A DNA stretch of 64,000 bases from Octopus vulgaris (lineage: Eukaryota), in contig OX597832.1 in assembly GCA_951406725.2 (NCBI GenBank), positions 6,696,001 through 6,760,000 of the forward strand, in the 5' to 3' direction. Numbering within the stretch: the stretch's first letter is position 1; each line of letters opens with the position of its first letter. Shown in pieces: positions 37,150 to 50,659 of the stretch. The translations under genes and the position numbers were made by a program. The notes beneath the pieces were generated by a model. The model was not told the origin of the DNA. It was given only the letters and a program-made list of their open reading frames with translations, and did not search any database.

Positions 37150-38062
37150 TATGCATCATTTATTGATCAGGATGTAGTCGATCTTTTGGTCTTTTGCATT
37201 TGATGCTACCCAGGTCCAGCTCTTCTGCATCTTCTTGAGTGGGCTGTGCCCAATGTACAGCCTTTTCACCTCTGCCATGGTCTAAATGCTCTCTTGTCTC
37301 ATTCCACTCTCCGAGCCTGAATCTTCCCACATATTGTTCATCTTGTCGTCCTTTGCTCACTTTTGCATTGAGGTCTCTCATCACAGCAGTGTATGTGGAA
37401 TTAGTGACTAGAACTTGTTCCAGCTCATCATAAAAATCTTCCACAACATTGTCATTGGTGATACTGGTGGGAATGTAGGCTTTCACAATCTTCATGGTTG
37501 ACTTTCTGGAGTTGAACATTTAGCACTCTTATTCTGAATCATATCAGCCCATTCCTTGCTGACAATGAACCCGATGCCTCTGACTGCTTGAGGACCTTCT
37601 GCATATCCCAGTCTCACAATACTTCCATCCTTCCATTTTGCATTCAACTCATTTCTCTGACACATTTCACAAAGTCCTAACACATCACACTTGATCTTAA
37701 CCTTCTCTTCCATCGGGTGGTTCAGTTCAGTCATCTGTACTAAAGTTCTACAGTTATAGGTACATATAAGGTTAGTCCTTTTCTGTGGCCGCTTTTGGGC
37801 ACCAGAGACTTTTAGCATCCTCTCACTGTTTGATTGGTGCACAAGGGACTGTGGCCCATTTCCTAATGCTGTTTGAGCCATTAAATGATGCCACCCCACT
37901 GGCAAGGCAGGCAGGCCATTCACCTCTTCAGTTTAACTTCAGCCTCTACAGAATACTCTTTATACCTACTTTAGCAAAAGCAGTCCATCAGCATGGTTGT
38001 TAGTTTGGTGCCTTTGTGGCTAGGTTGGACTGCCAGGGTGTATGTACATATACCCAACCACC
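37150..38062 (-). mobile_element. RTE LINE 5' part (5' UTR and APE endonuclease), inverted
   Basis: CTYNCRTL, DVLGLCE, GIGFIV, AYIPTS..VEDFYDEL, DLNAKV. Confidence 0.85.
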
Positions 38063-38064
38063 AT

Positions 38065-39030
38065 AGCCAATGTGCCACATCAAGTCAATGAAGTATGACA
38101 TGTGGTGAGCACTGAAGTGAATGGAAAGGAGGAAATGGAGATTTGCCAAACCTTCTACACCAATATCTTAAAATCTACTGTGGCAGTCTTCCTCTATTGT
38201 CATACAGAGTACAAGAAGTACCATCTGTTTTGATGAGAGAGGTTGAAAAAGGGCAAAGCACTGGGCAAGGATGGTATAACATCTGAAACGTAGGCTGGCA
38301 TAGAGCAGCTGTGGCAAATCCTTGCTCTATGTTTCAATCACTACATAAGAGAAGGTCATATACCCTCTAAATGGAAAGAATCAAACTCCATCCTGTTGTA
38401 CAAGAAGGGTGATTTTCAGGAACTATCACCCAATATACCTACTGTCTCATATACAATCTGTTTATGAAGATAATTGTATGCTTATTATTGCAATAGTTTG
38501 ATGAACAACAGCCAAGAGAACAGGCAGGATTTAGAAAGAACTTCAACACAATGGATTACACATTCATTCTGATACAGTTGTTGGAGCAAGTGAAAGAACA
38601 CTGGTTGCCTCTGTGTGTCGTATTCATTGACTATAAAAAGATCTTCAGCTTCATGAAGCAAGATGTTGCAGCACAATACATGAATCTCCTTAGAGTGACA
38701 AATTTGGAATGCCCTACAGACATGGCCTTGTTATCATCACCTGTATGTGTCTCAGTTGAGAAGGAAGTCAGACAAGGAGATATCATCTCTGAAACTCATC
38801 GCAGCATGTTTTGAAAGGATCACCAGAGAAATTGGCTGTAGCAGTGACATGTAAATCAATAGTGAGCTGCTCACCCACCTCTGGTTTGCACATGATATTA
38901 CACTCATCACATGGGCAGTTACAGACCATGCTGTTCAAGCTGAATACCTGCAGTTTGGCAGTCAGCCTGAGGATCAATTGTGCAAAAATAAAGTACAAGC
39001 AGCCCAAGGATGAAATGATGTAGTTAATCT
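38065..39030 (+). mobile_element. RTE LINE RT fragment, degraded
   Basis: IPSKWKES..LLYKKGD, DEQQPREQAGFRK, FIDYKK, VRQGD. Confidence 0.8.
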
Positions 39031-39058
39031 TTAAGAAGGTCATATATTCACTGTACTA

Positions 39059-39272
39059 AGGTAGAGAGCTGGCAAAAATGTTAGTATACTGGGTGAAATG
39101 CTTAGCGGTATTTCATGTCTTTATGTTTGGACTTCAAATTCCGCCAAGGTCGACTTTGCCTTTCATCCTTTTGGGTTGATAAATTAAGTACGAGTTGCAT
39201 ACTGGAGTCGATCTAATTGATTGGTTCCCCCCCCCACCCTCAAAATTTCGAGCTTTGTGTCTAGAGTAGAAA
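39059..39272 (+). mobile_element. SINE family A
   Basis: Matches the 20228 copy. Confidence 0.8.
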
Positions 39273-39718
39273 AGCATATATTCACTCTAATGTCCAAAAT
39301 CTGAATCATTCAATCAACTCCATGGATAGCTATTTATTTAGTTTGTTCAATAACCTTATCTACTAAAAAAAATAAAAAATTTTTAAAAAATGAAAAAGTT
39401 GCACAAATACTGGTGCCATAGTTTATCAAATATTACTGAATCATCTCAAAATTTCTAGACCACAAAGAGACATACAATTGAATTTATTGATTCATCTGAT
39501 TTAGAAATATTACATAAATAGTATCAGTAACCTTTCCTTGGCACTGGAAATAAAAAAAATTAAATATATATATTGATATATTCTCATTTAATTTACTAAT
39601 TAGTTTATGATACTTTTGAACATTCAAATTACCCCCACAGCCTATGAGAACTAGCCAACTAACTTCAACAAATGTTGTAGTTACAGGGTATAGATGATAC
39701 ATTTTTTTGACATAGTAT

Positions 39719-40095
39719 ATCATCATCATCATCATCATCATCATCATCGTTTAGCGTCCGTTTTCCATGCTAGCATGGGTTGGACGGTTCTACTGGGGTC
39801 TGTGAAGCCAGAAGGCTTCATCAGGCCCAGTCAAATCTGGCAGTGTTTCTACGGCTGGATGCCCTTCCTAACGCCAACCACTCCGTGAGTGTAGTGGGTG
39901 CTTTTTACGTGCCACCCGCACAGGTGCCAGACAGAGCTGGCGAACGGCCACGAACGGATGGTGCTTTTTATGTGCCACCGGCACGAGTCCAGTCAGGGCG
40001 GCGCTGGCAACGGTCGCGAAACGGAAGGTTCTCTTACATGCCACCGGCACTGGTAACACATCTGCAATTTCCATTGATCGATTACGATTCTGATC
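39719..40095 (-). mobile_element. RTE-tail repeat (family D) with ~2 minisatellite units
   Basis: Near-identical to 26279-26510. Confidence 0.88.
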
Positions 40096-40132
40096 ATATA
40101 TTATATACTAGTGCTTATTCTATTGGACTTTT

Positions 40133-40660
40133 TTGACGAGAATAAGTAAGGCAAGGATTGCTTTTCATCTGTTAAAAAAAATATGGAGCACAAGTGTAAT
40201 TTCAATAAAGAACAAAATAAGAATTTTTAACACTAACGTAAAAGCTGTGTTATTGTATGGGGCTGAGACATGGCGAACAACAGTTAAGTCAAATAAGCAA
40301 ATAGAATCATTCATCAACAGATTCTTGTGTAGTATACGTAAAATTAGATGGCCTAAACACATAAGCAATATGGAGCTATGGCAAAGAACAAATCAAGTTT
40401 CGATTAGGGAGCAAATATTTTTTAAAAAGTGGAAGTGGATTGGTAGCACAATTAGAAAAGACACACCAAATGTAGCGCAAAGTGCTTTACAGTGGAATCT
40501 GGATGTATATAGAAGGAGTGGTAGGCCTTAGAACTCGTGGTGGAGATCAACACAAAAGGAACTAGAGAAAGGGGGACATTCATGGCAGAATATAAGTACA
40601 GAAGCGAAAAATTTTGCGACATGGAATTCAATTGTAAGTGGCCTATACTCCGCGTTGGAG
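40133..40660 (+). mobile_element. RTE LINE 3' fragment
   Basis: RISKARIAF..KIRIFNTNVKAVLLYGAETW..WKWIG..GRP. Confidence 0.85.
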
Positions 40661-40734
40661 GGTTAAAGGCAGAAAAAAAAGAAAAAAAAAAAAATATATA
40701 ATATTATCTACTAACATACTTTGTATTCTACCAG

Positions 40735-41827
40735 TAGGCTACAAAGTACATCAGAAGATAAATGTGATTTCTGGCAGAAAGTCAGGATGCTCAGATTCTG
40801 GGTATATCAGAGCAAAGGATGATACCATGCTGATTGAGAAGATTGACATTTGCAATAAATAGAGTGTATAGGAAATTTATTTCATGATGCAAGAGCAACC
40901 TTGTCTGGTTTGCCTGACCCTTATGAGGGTCCAAAGATCCTGCCATCTGAAGTACAGGCAGTCATCAAAATGATGAAAGGGAAAAAACAAAGCTGTTGGG
41001 CCAGATGGAATTGTCATTGAGATGAACAAAGCATTAGAGGATTATGGAATTAGAAAACTGACAGATATAATATGCAAGATCTATGAAGATGGGAAATTTC
41101 CAGAAGATCTGGGTAAATCTGTCTTTATTGCACTCCTGAAGAAATCAGGAGCAGTGGGAGCAAGAGTATATGGTAATGATAAAGAAGGGAAACTCAAAGT
41201 GCATGCTGAAAGGGAACAACTAAATCATTAAGCAGGTATCATCTTTCAACTACCTTCAAAAAGATTTGAAGATATGTGAAAGAGATCAAAATGCAAATAG
41301 TGCTGGCAAAATCTGCATTCTAAGTATTGTATAACACCTTGAGAAACCATACTCTGAACATCAATACCAGGATCTGCATATTAAATTGCTATGTCTACTC
41401 TGTGTCAACGTATGGAAGTGAGACAAAGTCTATAACATCAGGAATGAGAAAGTACTTGGAGAGTTGTGAAATGTGGTTCTGAAGGAGAGTATTGAGGAGA
41501 ACATGGACAGAAAAGGTGTCTAATGAAAAATTGATGACCCAGGCTGCGGTAAATAGGAAACTGCTTCATGAGATAAGAGATATGCAATGGAGATTTCCTG
41601 GTCGTATGATGAAGAAAGAGAGCCTGGAGAATTTAGCGACGACCAGAAAGATTGAAGGGGAAAGAAGCAGAGGAAGGAGTAGGATGATATGGATGTCAAG
41701 CTTGACAAACTGTTTGGGAGAAAGAGGCATTAAACATCAGGAAGTGGAACTGTTACAGAAAGCAAGGAACAGAGAATTGTGGCAAGGCATGATTGCCTAT
41801 GTCCTATATTCTGGACATGGTAGCTAA
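40735..41827 (+). mobile_element. Another RTE LINE, internally deleted and degraded
   Basis: KAVGPDG, FPEDLGKSVFIAL, YGSET, WTEKVSNE, IEGERSRGR. Confidence 0.8.
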
Positions 41828-42559
41828 AACACAAAAGAAAAATATATTATTATGTATCAATGTAAAATGAAATTAATGTAACAGTATATGCATGTTTTAA
41901 AAGGCTAGCATGATTCCTCTATGATGTTTCACCTCTGACACATTTTAGATCAAGTCAGTTATCAAGCAATTACAACTCATAATCATTTCTTAGTATTATT
42001 GTTATGAAATTACCCATCCTTTCCTTCCTTCCTGATCCACAATCTTTATTCTCCCTTATAATCACCTTCTAGTACCTTGAGAGTGCGCTCTGGCACCTTG
42101 CGGCTACCATCTGTGGTTAGCATTAGGAAGAGCATCGCTCTGTAGAAACAAAGTCAACTGGGGCCTGATGTGGCTCTGCAGCTCATCAAGATCTGTCAAA
42201 CCATCCAACCCATACCGTCATGGAAAATAGATATTAGATGATTTTGATAGTCCCAGGTCAATCCTTAATTCAGCAATCTTATGGTTAAAAGTTTTTCCAG
42301 TTGTGACTGTCTTTTTGTATATCAAAGACTACATTAGCCAGTGTATCCTGACTTTTCTTTTCAAGGTAATAGGGTGAGGATTGAATGAATTTAGTTAGGA
42401 TTTCTAGCAAGGTGATTGACTAGATAGAGGCTTTTATGCAATTAGTTATCAAAATTGATTGTGAACATACAAACTGGCCTTCATCATAGGAATATATAAA
42501 TGGTTCTGGAATAAGCTATCTGATGACTACTAGAGTACTAATTTAAAAGAACAAAATTT

Positions 42560-44550
42560 GTTAAATGTTTCAATTAGACCAGTAAGAAAAATAGAAATCT
42601 GAACTGTTTCTGATAGTTATTCAAAATGTTATTTGAATGTTTCATAGGATATGACAGTTCAGGAAAAAGACATCCCAGGTGTGTCTGGAGGTATAGAACA
42701 TGCATCAATAATCTAGCAGGTAATCCATAGAGCTAGAGCAAAGCAACGGGAACTTAATGTCATTTGGCTTGATCTGGCCCTGTGGATCAGTCTCACGCAA
42801 GATGACCCAGCTGGCTCCTGAGGTATATCATACCTCAAACACAATCAAAGAATTGCTGAAAAAGTACTTCCATGACTTCTGACTGTGATCCTTCAGAAAG
42901 GATTTCCTGGCAGATTGACTCAATTTGGAAGTAGCCATAGCAATATACTGTCATTTCTCAAATACTGTTCATACTTGCTGTAGAATTCATCATGAAAGCA
43001 GCAGTAAGTGGTATAGATGAAGCAGACCTTGGAGATGACTATCAAATGCTCCCTCTAAAAACGGTCCTTTCTACAGAAGATGAAATATGTCAAATACTGA
43101 AGTGGTTAGACAAGCAGGTCACCTGACCTAGGATGAGTTTCAAATCAAAGAATTGCAGAGCCTCTCACTACAGAAAGGCAGAGTAACTGGTATGGTCATG
43201 TTCACTGTAGCCAACTAACCCATTCCAACAGTGGCAGAAGAACCAGTCTATAGCCTTGAAAGGTGGTATGGTGATTCCCTGAATGATACAAAAAAAGGGA
43301 AATGTATCAATGCAAATGGCTGAGGAAAGCTTGCAGGCAATAGATCTATGTGGCCTCACTGACAAATACATCAGATACCTGCAGTGTGTGCTGATCATAC
43401 TGCTCTTCTGGCCTCTGCCCATATACACTATTACCACTAGCATAATGGAAATGATAGAAGCCAAGATTAACAAATATACAAGGAAATGATCTGGTGTAGT
43501 GTTAGTCCCTCTGTCACTAAGCAAAGCTGAAACTACCCCTAAACCTCATTGTGCAGGAGTACAAGACTGAAAAGCAAGGTTCCTATGTATGCTTGAGGAC
43601 TCGGGATACAATGTTAAGGCAAGCTGAAAACTGGAAGTTAAAGAGGCAAAGGAAAGCTTCAAAATTACAGAAATAAGTGGATGTGTGCAACCTTGTAGGC
43701 AACAACTAGGCTTAAAATAATGGTTGTCAAAGCAGAAAGTAAAACAAAGATATACATGATAATGCAGGAAATGGAGAAAAGAATTCTGAAGGCAGCCCAG
43801 CAGGGCCAACAAGGATAATAGACATTGTGGGAGAGTGCATTCCGAAGAAGTCTCAGCCGGATTGACATGGCATGTGGTTCCTTTTAGGATCAGCTTTGCC
43901 CTTAGATCTGTATATGACCTCCTGTCTTTGAATACAAACCTAGTAAAATGGTAGAAATCAGGTGTTCATGCATACCTGTTCTGTTAAAGCAAATAGTGGA
44001 ATATTTGCTGATCTCATTCAAAGCAACAATAGCCCAAGCGAAACACACAGATTTGCACTGTAACAGGAAAGACTATGCTAGCAGAAGCTCCACCAATGTT
44101 CTGCACATCACATGGAAAAAATTTATGGCTTGAAACAGTTGTGCCAACTGGATAATGCTGGTGGAGTCTACAGGATGGAGTGGATAACTGGGTGTGTTCA
44201 GCAGACCTTTCAAAAAAATGAATAAGTCAACAAGAGGTTGTTTGAGATCAGATACTGTACTCCACTTTCCTCATAACAAGTGATTCTCACTGAACTCATA
44301 GAAGCACTTTAACCAACAACTTGAAATAATCTGATTGAGAGCAAACTGGTTTGTGGGCGAATCTGCTTATGATTGTATGAAACAGCTCTCAGTATCTGGG
44401 GAAAATAAAACCAGAGCCCAAAAAGCAATGGCAAAATCAATCATAAAGAATTCTAACTGGATCTGGCCAAGGAGTAACTTACATACAACTAGCATCAAAA
44501 ACAAGGTGATTACAGCATTCAAGGTATCTTTGGAGTACCTGATTACTTAG
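42560..44550 (+). mobile_element. Degraded Hero/R2-group (RLE) non-LTR retrotransposon
   Basis: IPGVSGGIEH, NVIWLDLA, MSFKSK, PTVAEEPV, LLFWPLPIY, KINKYTRK, RSVYDLL. Many stops. Confidence 0.75.
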
Positions 44551-44917
44551 ATGCTGGTGAGAAAATAAACAGTTGCACTAATGTAACAGTTGAGGGGCGT
44601 GGAATTTATTATACTTGATAATAAGAAAGAACAAAAACTTTCTACATATTAAGTTGTTCTAATGATGCACTCCTGTTTATATTTTACATTTCCTGTTGTA
44701 TTTGTAAATATTGTACACTGTTATTTACATCTTTGACACTTATTTAATTAATGCAACTCTTGTTTACCTCCTTTCCTTATTAATAATGTTCATATCATTC
44801 TGTTTTACAGTGGTAGCCAATGCAAAATAATATCTAGATAACCTTAACATGGACTTTATGTAGGAAAACAATTAAAAATTTTGTTTCAAAAAATCTATTT
44901 CTTTTGATGTATTACAG

Positions 44918-45098
44918 CCTGTACTTTCCCAGATTGGTATCATGGAGAATTCTATTCATATGAAGAGGGGAAAAATAAAGTCACTCAAATTAATGCAAAC
45001 AATTGGGGTGATTATACCTGTGAAGACATTCAGACTTTTAGTGAAACCATCAATAAAGCTATAAATGCCAGCAATGCAATCATTTTAGTGAAAGCAAA
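44918..45098 (+). CDS. Gene 2 exon 2
   Basis: tacag|CC ... AA|gtaagt. (A)CTFPDWYHGEFYSYEEGKNKVTQINANNWGDYTCEDIQTFSETINKAINASNAIILVKA(K); phase 1 to 2. Confidence 0.88.
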
Positions 45099-45776
45099 GT
45101 AAGTCATTTTTATTTATAATTTTGAAATCAACTTTTAATGTTTCTTAATTACAATCTAATGATGGCCTTATCACACTTAACTAATCAGAGAGATAGACAC
45201 TTTTATTTCCACCAAAGAAATTTGTTAGTGTTCTGTTTTACTTGTGTCTGTGTGTGTCAGTCAAGGCCATGGTTAACTATGGCTATTGCGATAAATCTTT
45301 CTATAGTTGATAAAAGCTTCCCTTACATCAGATGCTAGTCTATCCTAAGGTTAATCCCAGTTGCAGATGTTACTCATTTTCAGCCAAGTCTTTGGAACAA
45401 TGTGAAATGAAGTGCTTTGTTCAAGAGCTTCACATAGTCTGCTACAGAAAACAAACCCATTATTTTACAATCATGAGGCCAACACCTTGGACATTTTTTT
45501 TTCATTTATTGGGCCTAGAGGAAGGAGTTAGTGCCCATGTCCTTTGCAGACCCTCTGAAATGGTGAGATCAATGGTGTTAATGATTCACTTAACCTGTTG
45601 CAGGTTAGCACCTGCAGGAGAGGCAGAAGCAGGTTTAAAAACGATTTATTTCATATATATATATATAGATAGATAGATAGATAGATAGATAGACAGATAA
45701 ATATGACAGGCTTCTTTCAGTTACTGTCTACTAAATGTGCTCATATGGCTTCGATCAACCTATGACTATAGCCCTG

Positions 45777-46833
45777 GTTAAAAATGCGCAGACATGCGCT
45801 CAGGCTTAGGCACTGCTGGCTTTACCTGAACGGTGAGCAGGTGTGGTCTCCGTTCATCAATCTGTTATTTCCACAGTTCACATCGTTTACCAAACTGGAC
45901 CCATGGATCAAGTGTAGACCGAGGTTGGACGTGTGGCATGTAGAGTGCCATCAAGCACTCACGCTTCTCCCCCAGTTGGGCAATGCCAGTGGCGGGGGTA
46001 CTACCTCGTTCTTCTATAGAGAGTTAGTAGAGTCCAAGTGTGATGATGTCCTGGAAGAAACCCTAGGCTTCGATGATCAACTGGCCAACCTGTTCCAAAG
46101 AACATTCAGGCCGGGGCCTATGGATAATTACCAAAAGTCCCTGACCTGGCAATGTTACAAAGGAGCTTTACCGGTTCGAGATAAGCTCTCTAGACATAGG
46201 TGTGCGCCTTCACCGGTTTGTGCAAGATGCAAGCAGGACAGTGAAACTGTCCTGCATGCGATTGTTCAGTGCCCCAAGGTGACTGGACTCTGGGCTTATG
46301 TTGAACACCTGCTATCACATTTGAGAAGAGTACAACTGTTGAGTGAATCTGTAATCAAGATTGTTCCACTGCCCTCCCTCAATAGGGAGGAGCAAGCTTG
46401 TTTTCTCTTGGTAGTTGCTGTTGCGAAAGAGGTAGTATGGAAGATGAGAGTGAAAGGAATTGTAGCAGGCATGTTCATCTCCAGTCTCGAGCTAATCAAC
46501 TTTTTCGTTTTCCACATGAAACGGAAAATAAGGCTGGAGAAGAAATGCCCGTCGCAAAGTGTGTTTCATAAAAGATGGAAGTCTGCAGCAAGTATGTTGT
46601 GAGTGAAAGAACCTGTCTAAACAAGAACCAAAAAAGGACAAAGCAACGTCTTCAGTGTGAGTATGTGGTTTGTGGGGTCGACCGCACCCTCCGCTTCATT
46701 TTTGGTAAATCCCTCATTCTCATTTAATTGTATATATTTTAAGTGCTTGTTTATTCATACGTTTCGTCTCATTCGTTACCCTGACCCTTGTATCGTCCCC
46801 TCTTTTTCTCAACCTCATGGTTGATAAAGAAAT
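45777..46833 (+). mobile_element. L1/Tx1-clade LINE 3' end with zinc-knuckle region, inserted in a SINE B relic
   Basis: ORF 45784-46602 with WQCYKGALPVRDKL..CARC..ETVLHAIVQC. TSD tgactatagc(c/t)ctg at 45763-45776 and 46834-46847. Confidence 0.85.
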
Positions 46834-47395
46834 TGACTATAGCTCTGCCCAATGTACCAAGACCATGTAAATGGTAAGAATCAAACAGCAATAAATTATA
46901 ACTATTAAAGAAACCTATCTTGCTAAGCCCTGCTCTATAACAGTCCTCTTACTTCTGACGAGCTTAGGTAGAACATGCTGAGGCCTTCATCCTTCAGTGA
47001 ACTGAATATAGGCAATCTAATTCAATCCAATGCAGAATAAGAATAAACATTTTATTCATTTTTTTTTTTTTTATATTTTAAATAAGAAATATCTCATTTT
47101 GTTTTATTTAAAGAGACAGAGAAGAAATATATGTTTTATTTTGTATCAATGTCTTTCAATGCATTTTTTATATTAATGTCTACCTTGCACTTTTTCAGAA
47201 TGAAAAATATTTTTTTTTTTTTTACAATGAACTTTGGCTCAACTTATTCAATATCAACTTTACTGAAATCATTTTAATTGAAGTGTTCAAATTTATATTT
47301 AAATCTTAGCTAGAAATAACATTATAAACATGAAAGATAGTTAAGATTTTAATATGTAAGAAGTTATCCTTTATTAAATTTATAACAGTAAACAT

Positions 47396-47826
47396 AAGGG
47401 TTTCAAATTTTTCCACAAGGGCAGCAATTTTGGAGGAGGGGATGAGTCAATTGCATCAATCCCTGGAAATCTTTTGTGAAGGATCACAGTCCAAAGCCAC
47501 GGAAGTACTTTTTCAGCAATTCTTTGATGGTGATTGAGGTATGATATACCTCAGGAACTAGCTGAGTCATTTTGTGTGGGTCTGATCCATAGGTATTTGC
47601 CAGATGAAGGCCAAATGACATTAAGACCCCGTTACTTTGTTCCAGCTCTATGGATTACCTACCAAATCATTGATGCATGCTCTATACATCCAGACACCCC
47701 TGAGATGTCTTTTTCCAGTTCAACAGGTGCTTATTTCATCAACCCTGAAAGGATTAAAGGTGAAGTCAACCATGGCGGAATTTGAACTCAGAACGTAGCA
47801 ATGGGTGAAATACCACTAAGCATTTT
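47396..47826 (-). mobile_element. SINE family A split by an inverted Hero-like fragment (47462-47720)
   Basis: SINE halves at 47396-47464 and 47721-47826. The insert is the reverse complement of 42656-42910. Confidence 0.75.
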
Positions 47827-47869
47827 GTTATAGCAGTAAATATAATGATAACAATAATAATGAATTTAC

Positions 47870-48132
47870 TTTATACAGTGCTCAGATGCACTGTAACTCA
47901 TCAGAAAAAAAGTAGTCAAAACTGCATGAACATTACATTGAATATACACAGGAAGTGAACAGTGAATAAGTAGAAAAAAAGGGGGTGGGGGAATCAGGGG
48001 TACTGTTGGTGAATTTCAGGAAGCATGGAAGTTTTCAAGGATGTAGTGTCCTGACAACTAACAACTGATGTGGATAGTTTATTCAATGCTTTAGCAATTC
48101 TGAACATGAAAAAATGTTTCCTATAGTCATGT
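47870..48132 (-). mobile_element. CR1/L2-like LINE 3' end
   Basis: Minus strand HDYRKHFF..RIAKALNKL..SVVSC.D pattern. Confidence 0.55.
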
Positions 48133-48459
48133 CACTAGTGTAATGAAGATATACTTTGGTTGATTTAAGAGATGAATGGACAAGAAGTTTGTGTGAAATT
48201 CCTAATATAAAATATTTATCCTTAACAAAGCAATTTGTTGTTACAGCAAATGACAGGAAAGAATATATTTAAAATAAGCGAATCAGTTCAGTAGTCTGTA
48301 GATGCTGTTGTTTCCCAACAAGGACAGTAGCTATGAGTGATGTACATGCTAGTAGTAGATGATCACTGTCATCATCACAATCTCATATATTGTTTGTCCT
48401 CAAAAATGCTTGTTTGCAACTGCTGGAAGTTATTGCAGCCACACTGATATGTCACCAGG

Positions 48460-48857
48460 GAAACCATTTACAAAAGCCAACCATGCCACCTTTTTTTAAT
48501 CCCTCACTAGTAAAACCAGATAGCATGGCCAGTCTCCAAACCTCCGCTGCATACAAGTCCAGGTGTTCCCTTGTCTACCTGACCTTTCCTAGCTTGGCGA
48601 ATGTCGCATACAATCCTTCCATAAAGGCTTCCTTTAGGTGTAGCTCATTCTTCTCTGTGTCCAATTGGTCCATTTCATCATTTTCAAGGTACAGTGCCAA
48701 AGCGTTTCCCTCCAGATACAGAGCCATGAGACCTGCTACATCTTTGATGCTTTGCAGTTGGGCCACAACCTTGATCTTAATGGAGCCAGGTGATCACATC
48801 TCCATTACCACAGGAAGGTCTGATGGCATCACTGCTGATCCTTATTTTTACTGCCAT
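48460..48857 (-). mobile_element. Gypsy-like LTR retrotransposon gag relic
   Basis: DVITWL..KVVAQLQSIKDVAGLMALYLEGNALALY..LKEAF..DLYAAEVWRLA; disrupted. Confidence 0.65.
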
Positions 48858-49163
48858 CTTGTGGAAGGGGACAACAACAAAGAATATATATAATATATAT
48901 ATATATATATTTCGTTTTTGAATTTGGTTTGCAAGATTCTTTATATGAGTTCGTGTGTTGAAGCATATTCTGTTGTGTCTGGGGAGAGTCATTCTCTTTT
49001 GGTGCCTTATAATTTCCCCAATGTTAAATAAGAAATATACATAGTAGATATCATATGCCCATATCCACAGTTTACACAGATAGAGTAGAATAGTTAGTGG
49101 GCTTTAATGTAGACAGATGAATGTATGTGTGGGTGTATGTGTGTGTATATATATATATATATA

Positions 49164-50300
49164 TCTCTTATTATAAAAGGTAGATTTTATCTGCCTCCCT
49201 TTGTCTCTTATAGAAATCTACAATATAGGATTTCTTCAATTACAATTTACCTAGCATTTTTAAGAGTAGAATGCATCGGGTCGTGCCAGGTCCGGTTTTT
49301 AAAATTTCAACCCCAATTAAGCAAAATTTAGAGAAAACTCACATTGTGGTGTGTAAGTGAAGTGCTTTTCTTAGTGTGGGCTACAGCACACACACAAAAA
49401 CGGAGCGATCTGCTTCACTCACGCTATCACCCTAATTTCTCCCACTTTCTCTTTGCAAGTGTACCTTAAACCACTACTAAAAAAAAAAAAACACAGCAAA
49501 CAGAAACAAATAAATACATAACGATTTACTCCTCACACAATTTCTTCAATTAGAGTTTACCTATGATTTTTCAAAGTACTTTCATTCGGTCATGCCATAC
49601 AAAATTTCTTTCAATTTCACCCCCAATTAAGACAAAATTCGAGAAAACTCAATATTTTAACATTTCACTCCGAAAGCATTGATGTACATGTGTGCGTGCG
49701 TGAGTGTGTGTGTGTGTGTTTGATGGGATGTGCGACACAGAAAGTGTGGTGTGTAAGTGAAGTGCTTTTGTTAGTGTGTGTAAAGAGACAGAGAGAGTAC
49801 ACATACCTACGTACACCTAAAGCACGCACACACACACACACAAGCGGAGCGCGAACTTCAAAAGAAATTTGCGCGCTATCTATCTGGTTTGCCATTCCTC
49901 ACACACACACATACACATACATATATGACAGTGACAAACACAAACGTTTCAAACAACTACATACAAACACGTGTGTGTTTGTTATTAGTAAAAAAGGCGC
50001 CAAACACAACTCACTTCTCATTCGAACACATTTGCAAAAACACACCGACGGTCGAATTGCCATAACAATACAGAAAAGGTAAATTGGTTTTTAATTTACT
50101 TTCTGTCGTTAAATTTTGGTAGTATTAATTGGCGAGCGTACTTCTGTTGTCAATTGTTGACAGAAAGAAATTGTAAGCTAATAAGGTGTGTGTGTGTAGG
50201 AAGTGAAGGATAAAAATATTGCAAGAAGTGGACAGATGTACATGTATACATCCATACATACATGTGTGTGTCTATGTATGTGTATTAATGTGTGTGTGTT
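49164..50300 (+). mobile_element. Helitron-like element 5' part with internal duplications
   Basis: A|TCtcttattataaa start in (TA)n. 49230-49340 is duplicated at 49540-49652. No separate 3' end before the next element. Confidence 0.55.
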
Positions 50301-50301
50301 A

Positions 50302-50659
50302 TCTCTATATAAAGCTGAAGTTGTCTGTGTGCGCTACGTTTGGTAACCTTCAACTAACACTATCTCCTCCGAGACCCTGCGGCGCAAGTTGACCAAAATT
50401 GAGAGTATGATAGAAGAAGGGTTGCTCTTCCTTCCGTAGAACATAAAATTCAAATCGGACCATGTTAACACCAAAAATTATTTACATCAAAAAGCTGCTT
50501 TTTTCTATGAAAATCCCTATTTTTTACGATTTTTTCACTGCTGTGTCGCCACTTTTCGGTATATTTCGACCAGAAAAATGTTCACAAAATTTTTACTTTT
50601 CAAAATTACAATTCCAGCGGGTCGAAACAAACCCGAGCAACGCCGGGCGATACTGCTAG
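50302..50659 (+). mobile_element. Non-autonomous Helitron
   Basis: A|TCtctatataaa ... hairpin cccgagcaacgccggg (50632-47) ... CTAG|T. Confidence 0.85.

Noticed and set aside
44811-44830. Alternative acceptor ttttacag upstream of gene 2 exon 2
   Set aside because: Gives an in-frame stop after six codons; 44918 fits instead.
46955-47020. CTGACGA plus stem resembling a hammerhead
   Set aside because: GAAA core missing (aatc instead); at best a dead relic.
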